DNA of 64,000 bases from Albugo candida (lineage: Eukaryota), in the NCBI GenBank assembly GCA_040437565.1, contig JBDOQK010000047.1, forward strand, positions 1 through 64,000. Reading direction: 5' to 3'. The position numbers and the translations under genes were made by a program. Below the pieces are notes generated by a model. It saw only the letters and a list, made by a program, of their open reading frames with translations. It had not been told where the DNA came from and searched no databases. The stretch's first letter is position 1. Each line of letters begins with the position of its first letter. Shown here piece by piece: positions 47,225 through 59,181 of the stretch.

Positions 47225-49680
47225 TCATGAAACGCGATGCTTCTCGAAACAAAAATTTGCAGCTGCTTCAACATTTCCCTTGCACCGATTCATTGCCTCA
47301 ATAGCTAATAACCTTGAAAATCCCATTTCAATCAATGAATTCAATTTTCGAGACCTTCGAAATCGAATAATCAATGGTCGTTGCTGTGCTTTGATCATTT
47401 GAAGTGCTCGATCGACACTTAAAGAACTCAGAGCGTGTCCATTTGCGTGAACAATTACATCATATAGCTGTATTTGACCTTTTTTTTCGGCACCAAACAT
47501 TCTGTCACTCGAATCACGAGGGAAACTTGTCACACAAAGTTCTCCATCGATTTTCTCTAAATACATTCCAAGCACTCGACAATCATCGTCAAAGCGAACA
47601 GTATACTCATCCGACTGTAACGGAGAATTAATCGCAATAGTGCGCGGCTGCATCGCAATCGACTGCGCCACCGGAACGATATCTTGTACTCGAGCAACAG
47701 AAGTTTTGTCGATTCCATTACTTGCGGAGCCGCTTGATGCAGGATACGATGTAGATCCAGAGTGATTCAAACTGGTAGAAGAATGGGTCCTATAGTCTGG
47801 AAGTTCATAAAATAGCAATACAGGTTGAAATCTTCCTTTTAGACATTGGGTAACCACACCATTCCAGGCGCCAAGGTCGAGAACTCGACTATCATCGAAT
47901 AAAAGCCATGTTTTGTGTGCTGAACTGTAAAAAACAGCAACATAATGTCGTCCATAGTAGCATACAAATCCACGGAGATGGTATATTGTACGAAATGCGC
48001 CTGTTGGAATCGATGCATCAAACGCTTTTGCTAAATCAATGCGATTTGAGATGTTGGAAAGGAGCTGCTGGACTTGGCCAGTAGACGCCGAATCCGTAGC
48101 CCATAGAATCGACATTGCAAAAACCATTGGAAATCGATGAATGGAACGCTACACAAGTGCAGTTAGTCAGTGGTTTTTTGGGGAGAATGCCAGTATATAA
48201 GACACCTGTTTGATGTTACGGCCGGTACATCCCCTCACATCACAAGCCGGAGCAACATCAGTGGTCGACATGTAGCGAAGCATGTCTTCCATACACTTGA
48301 AACTCCAGCTATAACAGTAGGTGGCATATGTGGTAAATACTAGGTTGCTGTATAAATCCCATGCGGAAGTGTGTTGACAGGTTGCACAAAAGTATCGGTC
48401 GTAGATCTGATGGCTGAATACGACATGGGGAATACTATTGGCATCATACACAGCTTCAGGAAGCTCCGCATACTCGTCCATACTCGCTGTTCGACCAGAT
48501 GATTCGAGGACTTCAGCAGGTTTTTCCGATTTTTGAGCTTGGGTAACATCCTTAAATGGAAATTGAGCAAAAAACAAGAATAGAAGACCTCAGCTTTCGT
48601 ACTGTTTCTTGATGCATGATGTTGAGAAGAGCTAGCTGGAAAAAAATGGTATCAATGGCTGAGGTCTGACGCCTGAGATTCCGTTCAATCGGCTTACCAA
48701 AGTTTCTTCCGCATCGTACATCATCCCTTCTTGAAAGTTCTTATCCTGGATAGAGTGAGGAATTCGATTCAGTATCAGCCACTTCCGCGCAAAATGATAT
48801 CCTTACCGCTTTATACAATACGCTGAGGCCTTTCCGAAGAGCACGGGAGTCCAACGCGCCGCTTGAGATATCATCATACTCCCTCATGATTGACTAAAAT
48901 GAAGAGATAAGCATGGGATTCATCGCCCTGTATCAACTCACGAGACCTGTAAGGCGCGAAGAACGTTGGCTTCGATGGTAACAGCCTCCTGCTTGATCTC
49001 GGCACTCAGCAGAAATTGACGCATCGACTGCAGATGCCAAAAGCTCTGAATGACGACATTCAGAAAGCAACTATTTTCGCCTTATCAAACCACCCGTTAC
49101 GTAATTGACATCCATACACCGCAACAGAAATCTTACCGGCGTTATTCATAAGGCCTCTATGAATTGAAGGACCTTTGAGCATAATGCGTTTGCCTTTCTT
49201 TGCCATCGCATCAATTGGTTTGAGGCACGGAGAAGTGGAAGGAGATGGATTGGACACTGGCGAATATTGATAGTTGGCAAATTCCCCTTCACACTCTTCT
49301 TCTTCACCTGTGATGACTCGTAAACCATGCAGCCATTCTCGAGCGGATGTATCCGAAGGCGCTATGAGCTCCAAAACACGTTCGACTTGATCAATTTGCT
49401 GAACCACGGTCACAAGAAGTCCGTATCTCCGAGAACTCCATACGTCAACACTCTTGACTTTGTACCCACGAAGCGGTCGAATAAAATTCAAATCTCCGGA
49501 AGAAGGCTGAAATTTGAATGTCGATAAGACTGCGGTTTCTTTTGCCAGGACGCAGTATCTCAAGTGGCGAGGACGCACATTGACCATTGAACGAATTTTC
49601 AGGTTCAGCCAGCCGCGTGCGACGATACTTCCAAAATTGGAGGAAGCTGATTGTGAATGATTTTCTGCTGTTTGCTCCAT
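47225..49680 (-). CDS. PH domain - USP53/54-like C19 peptidase - PDZ - UBA protein (multi-exon)
   Basis: PH: VARGWLNLK...RYCVL...LELIAPSDTSAREWLHGL. Spliced Cys box GLMNNAG|ENSCFLNVVIQSFWHL. His box GFVCYYGRHYVAVFY...WLLFDDSRV...FQPVLLFYE. PDZ: LGMYLEKIDG...IQLYDVIVHANG...RPLIIRFRR. UBA: LIEMGFSRLLAIEAMNRCKGNVEAAANF. Confidence 0.9.
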
Positions 49681-50584
49681 ATCTGATTCCGTATTGGGTT
49701 ACTGAGCACTTATTGAGGAGATGGGATCTACTCAATTAGAATTTGAAGAGTTACGAATTGTAAAAGAACAGCACAATGTAGAAAAATGGATCGTCTAATT
49801 AGTTTGGTCGAATCGTTATGAAAATTGCCTGCCTGCCATCAGTTTGCTATGATTGGTCAAAACTACATTGTATTTCAGCAAGTGTTAGAGAAGAAGGACG
49901 CCATTCTTTATCGTGTCAGAATTGCTGGGAGAATATGAATCAAATGATGAATTATAGCTTAGACTGCTTTCTGGATTTTTTACCTATCTAATTGTAGCTC
50001 CAAATTCTTCCTTGATGATGCCGAGGACGATTTGTTTCATGTTTTCTGACAGACTGGATAGAATACAGATTTATAGCCAATGAATACATCTATTCGTCTT
50101 CATCTTCTTCATCGATATTATATCGCACCGGTTTCCTTTGCCGTAAATTTCGTCGCGGACTAAAGGCAACCACCGATGATTTACCCACCTCCAATGAGCA
50201 CAGTCGTCGAGATACCGACGCTAATCGTTGACTAACGACTTGATATTTATCTTCGAGTATTTTCAGTCGCCTTTGCAGCGTAGTTGTNNNNNNNNNNNNN
50301 NNNNNNNNNNNNNNNNNNNNNNNNNNNNNNNNNNNNNNNNNNNNNNNNNNNNNNNNNNNNNNNNNNNNNNNNNNNNNNNNNNNNNNNGAAGGACGCCATT
50401 CTTTATCGTGTCAGAATTGCTGGGAGAATATGAATCAAATGATGAATTATAGCTTAGACTGCTTTCTGGATTTTTTACCTATCTAATTGTAGCTCCAAAT
50501 TCTTCCTTGATGATGCCGAGGACGATTTGTTTCATGTTTTCTGACAGACTGGATAGAATACAGATTTATAGCCAATGAATACAT

Positions 50585-52202
50585 CTATTCGTCTTCATCT
50601 TCTTCATCGATATTATATCGCACCGGTTTCCTTTGCCGTAAATTTCGTCGCGGACTAAAGGCAACCACCGATGATTTACCCACCTCCAATGAGCACAGTC
50701 GTCGAGATACCGACGCTAATCGTTGACTAACGACTTGATATTTATCTTCGAGTATTTTCAGTCGCCTTTGCAGCGTAGTTGTGAGTCGATACCATAAGTA
50801 AAGATCGCCTGAATGAGCAGAAATCGACAACTTATCCAAAAAATCGCTCAATACAGCATATGTCGTACAGACCTAAGCAATGATACTATCATTCCACCAA
50901 ATCTTACCGAGTAGGGGGACGTACCGGTTCCCAATTGCTTCCATTGATCGCAGAGGAGCGGCATAACCAAAAGGCAGAAGGATTGATATGCGTTTCGTTT
51001 TCCAATATCCAGTAAATCCGATCCTTTGCGTCGATTCCAGCTATATCATCCCGCTGTATGATATTGTAATGAGAATCGTAATGGACCATAATGAGAGATA
51101 CAATACCAGCGATTCATCATTCTCGAGATTTCGTATGGAATCATTCAAAGTTGTATTTGCGTCGAATTGCTGCTCACAGATATATTTCAATAACAACACG
51201 CGGGTTGATAGACTCATTTCAGAATAGGAATCGGTCGAATTGATGCATTTCGAAATGGAATGGTTATCGCGGTTGTGTACGATAAACTTGCGTATCGTAT
51301 CCCTCCAATTTCGTCCTCTAAGAATCGTTCAAGTGAGAAATGGATATCGTCTACTGGATACATACTTGCTCGTAGGAAATCCAATGTTCTTCAGCAATTG
51401 TGTATGTATCCGTGAGAGGATGAGCTCGTGTGATGAAGGATTCAAGACAGCATCCGCTAGTGTCTAGGAAGGGCTCGTCAAATCCACGGACATCACCTTA
51501 AAGATAACGATGCACCTCAAGCTCGACATGTTGCATGGGAATCTCGAGTCCAAACGCACGAAATCTGTTTAGAAATCGGAAAACCACTGCGAAATTACAG
51601 TCTCGCTGGAGTTCGATATATTTGTTTTCAGCCGGATCATGATTCAATCGTTTGCTTCGCTTTTCATCGCACGTCGGTGCACAAGCTTCTTCACAGTGTC
51701 GGCAACGCCACTCGTCGGCATCTATATCGTCTACTTTGACAAGGTAGCATTCCTACACAAAAGAATGAAGATGATGAAGATCATTCTCTGTCAATTGCAT
51801 CGATGAAAAACCTGATGAACCGTCATCTCACATGTACGACAACGTAAATCACAACGTCTCGAAGTTCTTGTGCTTGTCTTTCCACAAACACGACAAATGT
51901 CACTTATCCGTATCAAACGCTGTACCATTTTCCGCGAAGAATCATTTCTCGATATCCTTTCATTCTTATTTTGGACATGTGGTTTGTCTCTCATGGCGCT
52001 TGAAAGCTTAATCTGTAGCCATCCGTTCAGCGTATTCTCTGGCCTTACAGGCGGCTTTTTAGCTCGTGATGTTCTATTCCCTTGGAAGAAAGACAGATAT
52101 TAAGTACAGTGTCAGGAAATCGGCATCAATGCTATACTTTTGTGGCTTAATCGTACGTTTAGAGCCTTTGCCATTTACAATCTGCGTCACGGTTTTCGTC
52201 AT
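50585..52202 (-). CDS. Chromatin-associated protein: PHD finger + DDT-like + WHIM-like motifs (multi-exon); 3' end duplicated before a gap
   Basis: PHD CRVC...CRTCEMTVHQ|ECY...WRCRHC; DDT-like FAVVFRFLNRFRAFGL; WHIM-like IAGIDAKDRIYWIL; C-terminal RRNLRQRKPVRY. The ATG at 52202 joins in frame via a GT-AG intron. Confidence 0.75.
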
Positions 52203-52345
52203 TGTGAGAGATTTCTCAACTTGATATGGATGAGAGATGTTGAAAGGGCCTTCTAATCGAGCGCCAACTATACTGAATCGGATATCAATGTACGTACTAT
52301 TTTTTATTGGTTTCTAGAATCCTTTGAGCCTTTTCGACGTAACCA

Positions 52346-53272
52346 ATGGAAGAAGTATCACAATTACATCGCAAATTACTTCGTTTCCAGCGTGGGGACA
52401 GCACGGACATTGGTGAAGCGTTAGACCTACTACGAGCTCTGGAATCCAAACCGATTACCGTCAACATTTTGAAAGAAACAAAGCTTGGCCAAACTGTTGC
52501 CAAACTTCGAAAACATGACAGCGAAAAGATCCAAAATCAGTCAAAAAGTCTGATTCATAGCTGGAAGTCCATTCTAACGCTCTCTCCTCGTACCAATTCG
52601 TCTTCAGGCTCATCGCCGACAGCTGCGAGGCCAATGGCGAAAAGCCCTTCTTCCGCATGCAAAGCAAAATCGCCTCGTTCCGAGCCAATCAAACGTCGGG
52701 AAACCAATAGTAGCTCTTCAACAGCCTTTCTACCACCGGGATTGGATAAAATGCGTGCCACCGTGCGTACAAAGATGAAGGAGAATCTTGAGCTCGCTGA
52801 TGCTGACACTTGCAATGCTCCTGATGTAGCTACCGCGATCGAAATCGCTATGGCGCGTATGTTCAATATCGGTTTTCCGGGAGAGAACAAGAAAGATTAC
52901 ACGGCCAAATTCCGTCAATTGTCATTCAACTTGAAAAAGAATCCTCGATTACGCGAAGACTTGCTTCAGGATGCTGTGAGTGCCGAGCAGTTAATCAACA
53001 TGTCACCTGAAGAACTCGCTACGGATGAAAAGCGACACGAGATAGAGAAATTACGAGACGATGCTTTTCAAAGAGCTCGTTTGGATTGGGCTGACGCAAA
53101 TGAAGACAAAATCAACAAGCAATGTGGCATTGAAAATAGTAAAGGCTTATTTACGTGTGGTCGATGTAAATCATCAAAAACTAGCAATACGCAGAAACAG
53201 ACTCGTAGTGCCGATGAACCAATGACTGTCTTTGTGCAGTGTCATAACTGTGGAAATCGCTGGAAATGTTGA
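52346..53272 (+). CDS. TFIIS: Transcription elongation factor TFIIS
   Basis: N-terminal LW domain (LKETKLGQTVAKLRKH...LIHSWK), central domain (FRQLSFNLK...MSPEELA) and Zn ribbon CGRC...QTRSADEPMTVFVQCHNCGNRWKC. Confidence 0.97.
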   Translation: MEEVSQLHRKLLRFQRGDSTDIGEALDLLRALESKPITVNILKETKLGQTVAKLRKHDSEKIQNQSKSLIHSWKSILTLSPRTNSSSGSSPTAARPMAKSPSSACKAKSPRSEPIKRRETNSSSSTAFLPPGLDKMRATVRTKMKENLELADADTCNAPDVATAIEIAMARMFNIGFPGENKKDYTAKFRQLSFNLKKNPRLREDLLQDAVSAEQLINMSPEELATDEKRHEIEKLRDDAFQRARLDWADANEDKINKQCGIENSKGLFTCGRCKSSKTSNTQKQTRSADEPMTVFVQCHNCGNRWKC

Positions 53273-53591
53273 GCTATAAGTATTCGCATCGATCCATCGT
53301 AACAGAATACTTTTCGACAATGTAAATTGTATATATTGCCATCTCTCCAATTGCGCCGTCGCCCTTTCTTTGCATCGATTTCTCATAACATTGGACTCAC
53401 TCATTGTTCTTCGGCTTATCGTCAGCTCCTTCCCGCCCGTCAAGCATCCAATCTGCTCCTGTTCTCCAGCTCTATTCCCGAATTCCGAGCTCTGAAGCCC
53501 AACCAAACACTACAAATGTCTTCACTTTCGACGCGGTTTCTTTGAGATCGACGAGATATCAGTTTCGAGTGATTTATCCATAATTAGCCTC

Positions 53592-55201
53592 ATGGAAGAG
53601 CAGCGGATTCCGGAGCTCTCTACTGAACGCTTTGGCGATATTGACAGCGATGCAAAAGTGATTGAAAAAGGTCTTAATGATTGGGAAATGGAATTCGCAA
53701 ATGAGACGGCTGAAGTGAGCCTTTCACGTAAATCGATAATCTTTAACATTTGATCGATCGATAGGATTGTGAGTCGCACGCTTCATTTGGACTGCTTCGG
53801 GATCCTGCTCTCGAGAACGAAGACTTGACGTTAAGCTCGCAACATAAAAACGATTCAGCTTGGAGCGATATTCCAGTCATTCAAGCGTCATCGTCCATGC
53901 TTCTCGTAGATGCCACGACACAATGGCGCTGTTATATCGCATCCAAATCGCCTGAGGAAGAATCCGAAAAGCTTCGCGGTAAGTACACATTGTATATGCA
54001 CATAATAGTCTCAATATTGTGCTTGCTAGCTTTACGTCAGAGTCTCGAAGAAGATCTGAAGGCCTTTCCGCCGTATAAAGAAGTCGTTGGTGACGTTCGA
54101 CTATTACGCTTCCTTCGTGGGTGCAAGCTCAATGTGTCGGAGGCAGCTTTGAAATATCGAGAGATGCTCCAATTACGCCAAAGACACCAACTCGATCCGA
54201 TTCGAAACAGAATTCTTGACGAAAATCTCCATCCCGAGCAATTTCCGCATTATGATAAAATCGTTTCCAATGTGCCATTTGCCCACAGCTTTGACGCTTT
54301 TGAGACTCCAAATAGCTTTATTACGGAATACAATGTCTTCAGCTTTGAGCTTACGGGTTACGTCGATCTGAAGAGCCTCGACACGAGCATTTCCAATGAC
54401 GAATGGATCGAGTTCCTATTTTATGAAATGGAGTATCGATCCCTACAACTCGATCGATTGAGTCGCGAGAAAGAGTGTTTGGTACAGACGATTTTTGTCA
54501 AAGATCTCAATGGCTTCTCATTCCTTCGCGGCTACCCGACGAGAATTTTGACACTTTTTAGGAATTCCATTGCTTTAGCAACAGCGTGCTACCCAGAAAC
54601 CATACGCGTGACTTTTTTTCTACACGCACCTTGGCTTTTCCATCGACTTTGGCGAAGTCTCAGTCCGTATCTCCAGCAGACACAGCTCCATAAAATCGAT
54701 ATGCGTGGCAGTGAAACGTACGAATCGCTTCTGCAGATGCTTGGGGGACGTGATGGACTGCCGACGCTGATGGGTGGAAAGAACACAAGTATTTCGATCC
54801 CTCCCACCGGCTTACTCGCTCGAGACTCGTATGTATTGCTCTGTGAGCACGGAGCCGTGGAAGCAGATATTACAGCCCGCAAAAGTCTACAAATTCCATT
54901 TCGAACGTTGCTGAATGACACTGTTTGCTGGGAGTTCCAAGTACAGCATTTGGATGTGGATTTTGAGGTACGATTGCGGACACAGGGCGAACAAGGTGGC
55001 GCGTTGGAATGTGTTATCATGCCAAGAATCCGAGCAGTACAAGGAGAGCAAGTGACTGGGGAGTACAGAGCCATCGAGGATGCAACAATCGTTCTTGTGT
55101 GGGACAATACATCCTCTTGGATGCGGAGCAAACGTATCGCGTACAAAGCCAAAGTCGTCCGAGCAACACATGATTTTTCCACTTTAGAAACCTGCGCTTG
55201 A
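53592..55201 (+). CDS. Sec14/CRAL-TRIO lipid-binding protein with C-terminal GOLD domain
   Basis: DVRLLRFLRG, DLNG, CYPETIRVTFFLHAPWLF and LPTLMGG. GOLD: WEFQVQHLDVDFEV...LVWDNTSSWMRSK. The 5' exon from the ATG at 53592 splices in frame. Confidence 0.9.
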
Positions 55202-55301
55202 AATTGGTGGAAATAGAGGCAAATGAGCGATAAACGCTTTGGGAAATGGAATGCTTTTCGCCATATTACTCAATTTTCTCCCTTTACTGCTTCTCGCTAC
55301 C

Positions 55302-57396
55302 TCAGATGCTAATAGAGTTCAATTGCTGAAGAAAGTCTTCCGCGTTCAAAAGCTCTGTGCATCCATACCAAATTGTTTTCGGATTGGATTGTGACTTGGC
55401 ATACGCCATGAGATTCTGATACTCATTGTAATTGCCACCTCCAATCATAAAGACGATCGCTTCACGGAATGGAGTCCTTTGTCGTGGAACTTGGCCGTGA
55501 GCGCCGTTGGCTGTGATCTTTGGATCCAGATAGATAAACTCATCGTCTTCAGTGTTGGGTCGTAGCTCGCAAATTGCGTCCGTCACGCGTGTGACATGCA
55601 ATTTTTTATTTTCTGGAAGAAAGTTCTTCACGCTGGCAGCTGCTTGTGCTAGAAATCCTTGAGCCAATCCTTTGAATTTACTCATACTCGCTGCCGAGCT
55701 TGGAACAGCTGAATGAGGATTGACTTCGGTTTGGAGAGCGCCACCAACACTTGCGTGTTTCTGAAACGCAGTATGCTTTTTGATATACGTCCATGCGGTC
55801 ATGAAAGAAAGACTGCTTTCCTGAGCATTTGCCTCTTCCAAATGTTTGTACAACGATTCAAACTCGGCGATATCGGTGGTGCTCGCGCCGCTTGTAAGAN
55901 NNNNNNNNNNNNNNNNNNNNNNNNNNNNNNNNNNNNNNNNNNNNNNNNNNNNNNNNNNNNNNNNNNNNNNNNNNNNNNNNNNNNNNNNNNNNNNNNNNNA
56001 CGCAGTATGCTTTTTGATATACGTCCATGCGGTCATGAAAGAAAGACTGCTTTCCTGAGCATTTGCGTCTTCCAAATGTTTGTACAACGATTCAAACTCG
56101 GCGATATCGGTGGTGCTCGCGCCGCTTGTAAGATAATAAATCATCAGAAGACGAACTTTATCGGCCAATGTGCCCATATCCTTTGATCCGAGAACCTGAG
56201 CAATCTCATTTTTGTCAACAGAGGAGCCATTTATAAGCTTTTGCTCGAGCATGGAAAATGTTGGAATGTGGCGTGCAGTGATAATCTCAAAGGCTGCTTG
56301 AAAGATGTTTGTGTGCACCTCGAGCATTTTCTTCTTCTCCACGAGCATCGGCAAGGTATCCACTGCATCCACAAGATCCTTAGTCCCGGTCATCAACGTA
56401 TCGTGTCCTCCAGTCTGATTACAAAAGCATGAAAGGATGCGTTGTAATGTTCTTACAAAAGAATCGTACCTTGGCACGAATCTGTTCCTCCTTGCGTGTG
56501 ACCTGTTTCATTTCTTCTTCGTTTGCGTCGATCGCATCGGGAAAGAGACTTCCAGCGTGAAGTCGAAAGAACGAATCTGAAACAATGTCGAGATCGTATG
56601 TCTTTTCAACGATAGCTTGTGCGTGCTCCTCAGCTGATTTCTTGACGCCTACTTTGACTCGATTCATAGACACCTTGAGAAGATCGTCCACTAAGGCTTG
56701 ATACGTCGATGGATGATGAAGCATGGAAGGTAGGTCCTCATTGCGATCCATAAGGATCAGAACGGGACGTTGGAACGATTTAGGAGCGTCACTTTCTTGG
56801 AATAAATTCAGTCGATCGACAGTTGCGCTCGAAATATGTTTCCGGATCAATTGTGTGAGTGACTGTGCGACGATTTGCGCCGGGCCTTCATGTCGTGGCG
56901 CTCGGATCACTGGTATCTTTTTAGCGGTCGAAAGCACGGAAAAAAGCTTTTCAGCGATTCCGTGCATCAAATCCATAATCTCCTGCTCCTCAAGCCGGGG
57001 TTTATTGTACCTCGAATAGCTCTGAGTCTGTTTGAATGAGAATAAACTTGGCTCTAACGTAACGAATCCGATGAATTGCTCCATCACTTTGGCGATTTTG
57101 CTCGCGCAATTCTCTTCCACACACCGTTTTGCAAAGTACTCGATCATGTTTTGATTTAATGGAGCGATGAAATTGACATGAGCCGAGTCGTAGAGATCCC
57201 TTTTGCAGTCATTTATAATGATTTCAATGTTCTCTGCCGTCGCCACTACAAAGTATATCGCTGGAACATCAGCGATAGGATCTCGCGGGGAATCGATGAG
57301 AAGATGGAGCGTGACGCCTTTTTTTCGAAGTTGCTGGAGCTTTAATATCGGCGAGATAATATCGCGTCCAAACGAGTCATAAATTAATATTTTCCA
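55302..57396 (-). CDS. SLY1: Sec1/Munc18-family protein Sly1 (5' end lost in a gap)
   Basis: WKILIYDSFGRDIISPIL...GVTLHLLI...DVPAIYFV, RPVLILMDRNEDL...HPSTYQALVDD, HTNI and EAIVFMIGGGNYNEYQNL...YGCTELLN. Confidence 0.95.
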
Positions 57397-57536
57397 NNNN
57401 NNNNNNNNNNNNNNNNNNNNNNNNNNNNNNNNNNNNNNNNNNNNNNNNNNNNNNNNNNNNNNNNNNNNNNNNNNNNNNNNNNNNNNNNNNNNNNNNGTCA
57501 GGAATGTTTGCTCAAGAATGCTCCATTGCGTCGAAT

Positions 57537-58856
57537 TTACGGTGCTCGCATGCTCAATCGTACGTTTGCCTCAACAGAGGACACTTGACGAAGAGTTCTG
57601 TCCAGCAATTCAGTGACACGGAGATATATATCACGAGTCTCACACTCGGAATCAATCGAAAGACGATGCGATTGAGTGATGATGGAGTCTTCTTTCGATG
57701 CAGACATGACTTTAGCGCCTTGATATGTGCTTCTTCGCGTCACTGAATGAGACAAAGCCACTGAACTTGATGTAGTAGACGATGTAGAAGATACAAATGT
57801 CAATGTGCAAGCCACTCGAACGTGCTTGAGAAATCGAAGAATCGACGAATGTGCTGCTTTTGTGACCACAATGTCGTTTATACGTAAAAGAACGTTTCCA
57901 TTGTGAAGCGCTTCGACTCCTAATGCTGTACTTTTGGAACTTATTTTTGATATCCGCGCGCCAAAATTCCCATTCAAAGGCTCAAATACAATTCCAAGTT
58001 TGTCAGAAGGATTCCAAAGTACATCCATTCGATCCTGAGTAAGCGTTGCATTTTGCGACAGCGCCGATGAGGAACTTCGATATGTGCTGCTGGAGGAGGA
58101 CGCGCTCGAACGGATTTCTGTACCAAGCAACTGTAACTGAGTGATCAAATCACCCAATTGACGACATACGTTTACCGAGTTTGTACTTGCAGAATGATCA
58201 GTGTCTGGATACTCGTCTCCATTTTGATACGAAGAGGAGCATATTGAATCGGATGGTACAGCCTGGTTGAAGCTTCGACTCGATCCTGAATTTATCAGCA
58301 TTGGTATTATGGACCGTGTGCTGCAATCAAATGAATGGCCAGTTTGGTTATCTTTCTTTTTGATTCGCTTCAAGTCGTAGGAAGACGCTGATAGATTTTT
58401 ACCGATACTTGACGCCGTCTTCCGAATCCATTCTGTGGTAAAACTTGGTAACGAATTTTCCATTGCGAGTTCGACAGCATCTTTTCCATTTCCATCGGGC
58501 AAAACGGTAGCGTCTGGAAAAGGCTTTACAATGCTTTTTATATGAACACCTAATAAATTATTTTTGATTGCCACATGGAGAGGTAACATGCCGGAAAAGT
58601 TTGGTAATTCGCATGCGCGCGGGAAAGCAGTTATGACTTTATCGAGCGTCTCAACAGGAATACTCGGTTCTGTACACGCCCAGTGAAGCGGTAGCATATT
58701 GAATTCATCAGCAGCTCTTGCTAGTGACGTATCTTTTTCCAAAAGACCAAGAACTCCCTTCCAATCGGCGTGCTCTGCGCAAGAGAGTATAGCTTTTTCA
58801 GACGACATAAAGCTTTGGTGCAGGATTTCGTTGGGATGCAAAACACCTGTGAGCAT
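57537..58856 (-). CDS. Ankyrin-repeat + PDZ domain protein
   Basis: Ankyrin-like MLPLHWAC, GMLPLHVAI and GKDAVELA; a Ser-rich linker; PDZ KLGIVFE...ARISKI...LHNGNVLLRIND...ILRFLK...CTLTF. The start may lie in an upstream exon. Confidence 0.8.
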   Translation of the reverse strand: MLTGVLHPNEILHQSFMSSEKAILSCAEHADWKGVLGLLEKDTSLARAADEFNMLPLHWACTEPSIPVETLDKVITAFPRACELPNFSGMLPLHVAIKNNLLGVHIKSIVKPFPDATVLPDGNGKDAVELAMENSLPSFTTEWIRKTASSIGKNLSASSYDLKRIKKKDNQTGHSFDCSTRSIIPMLINSGSSRSFNQAVPSDSICSSSYQNGDEYPDTDHSASTNSVNVCRQLGDLITQLQLLGTEIRSSASSSSSTYRSSSSALSQNATLTQDRMDVLWNPSDKLGIVFEPLNGNFGARISKISSKSTALGVEALHNGNVLLRINDIVVTKAAHSSILRFLKHVRVACTLTFVSSTSSTTSSSVALSHSVTRRSTYQGAKVMSASKEDSIITQSHRLSIDSECETRDIYLRVTELLDRTLRQVSSVEANVRLSMRAP

Positions 58857-59181
58857 TTATATACTGTAAATTTGCTGTGTGTGTGTCTCTATAATGCCTG
58901 GTATATGGTACTGTCCGAATATATACCTTGTGGGATCGGATTCTATTTGTAAAAGAACTGCAGACAGTCTTCTTAATGCAAATTTATTCGCTAAAAATAC
59001 GCACAGGAGGGTTACTCAGATTTGCGATCTGAATATAAATCTGATACCAGAAGATCGCTATCCCGATAATCAGAGTCCAAGCGCTTGCCCGGCGTCTGAT
59101 GCGACTCTTTGATTCTTAGCGATGCTAAATTGGGACCACATATGATTGCTTTTATAGATCTCTCGACCACTTCCAATTTGA

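Noticed and set aside
57397-57496. Apparent Sly1 truncation or fusion with the ankyrin-PDZ gene
   Set aside because: The missing Sly1 start falls in an N gap of unknown true size, and the ankyrin-PDZ ORF has its own stop at 57537.
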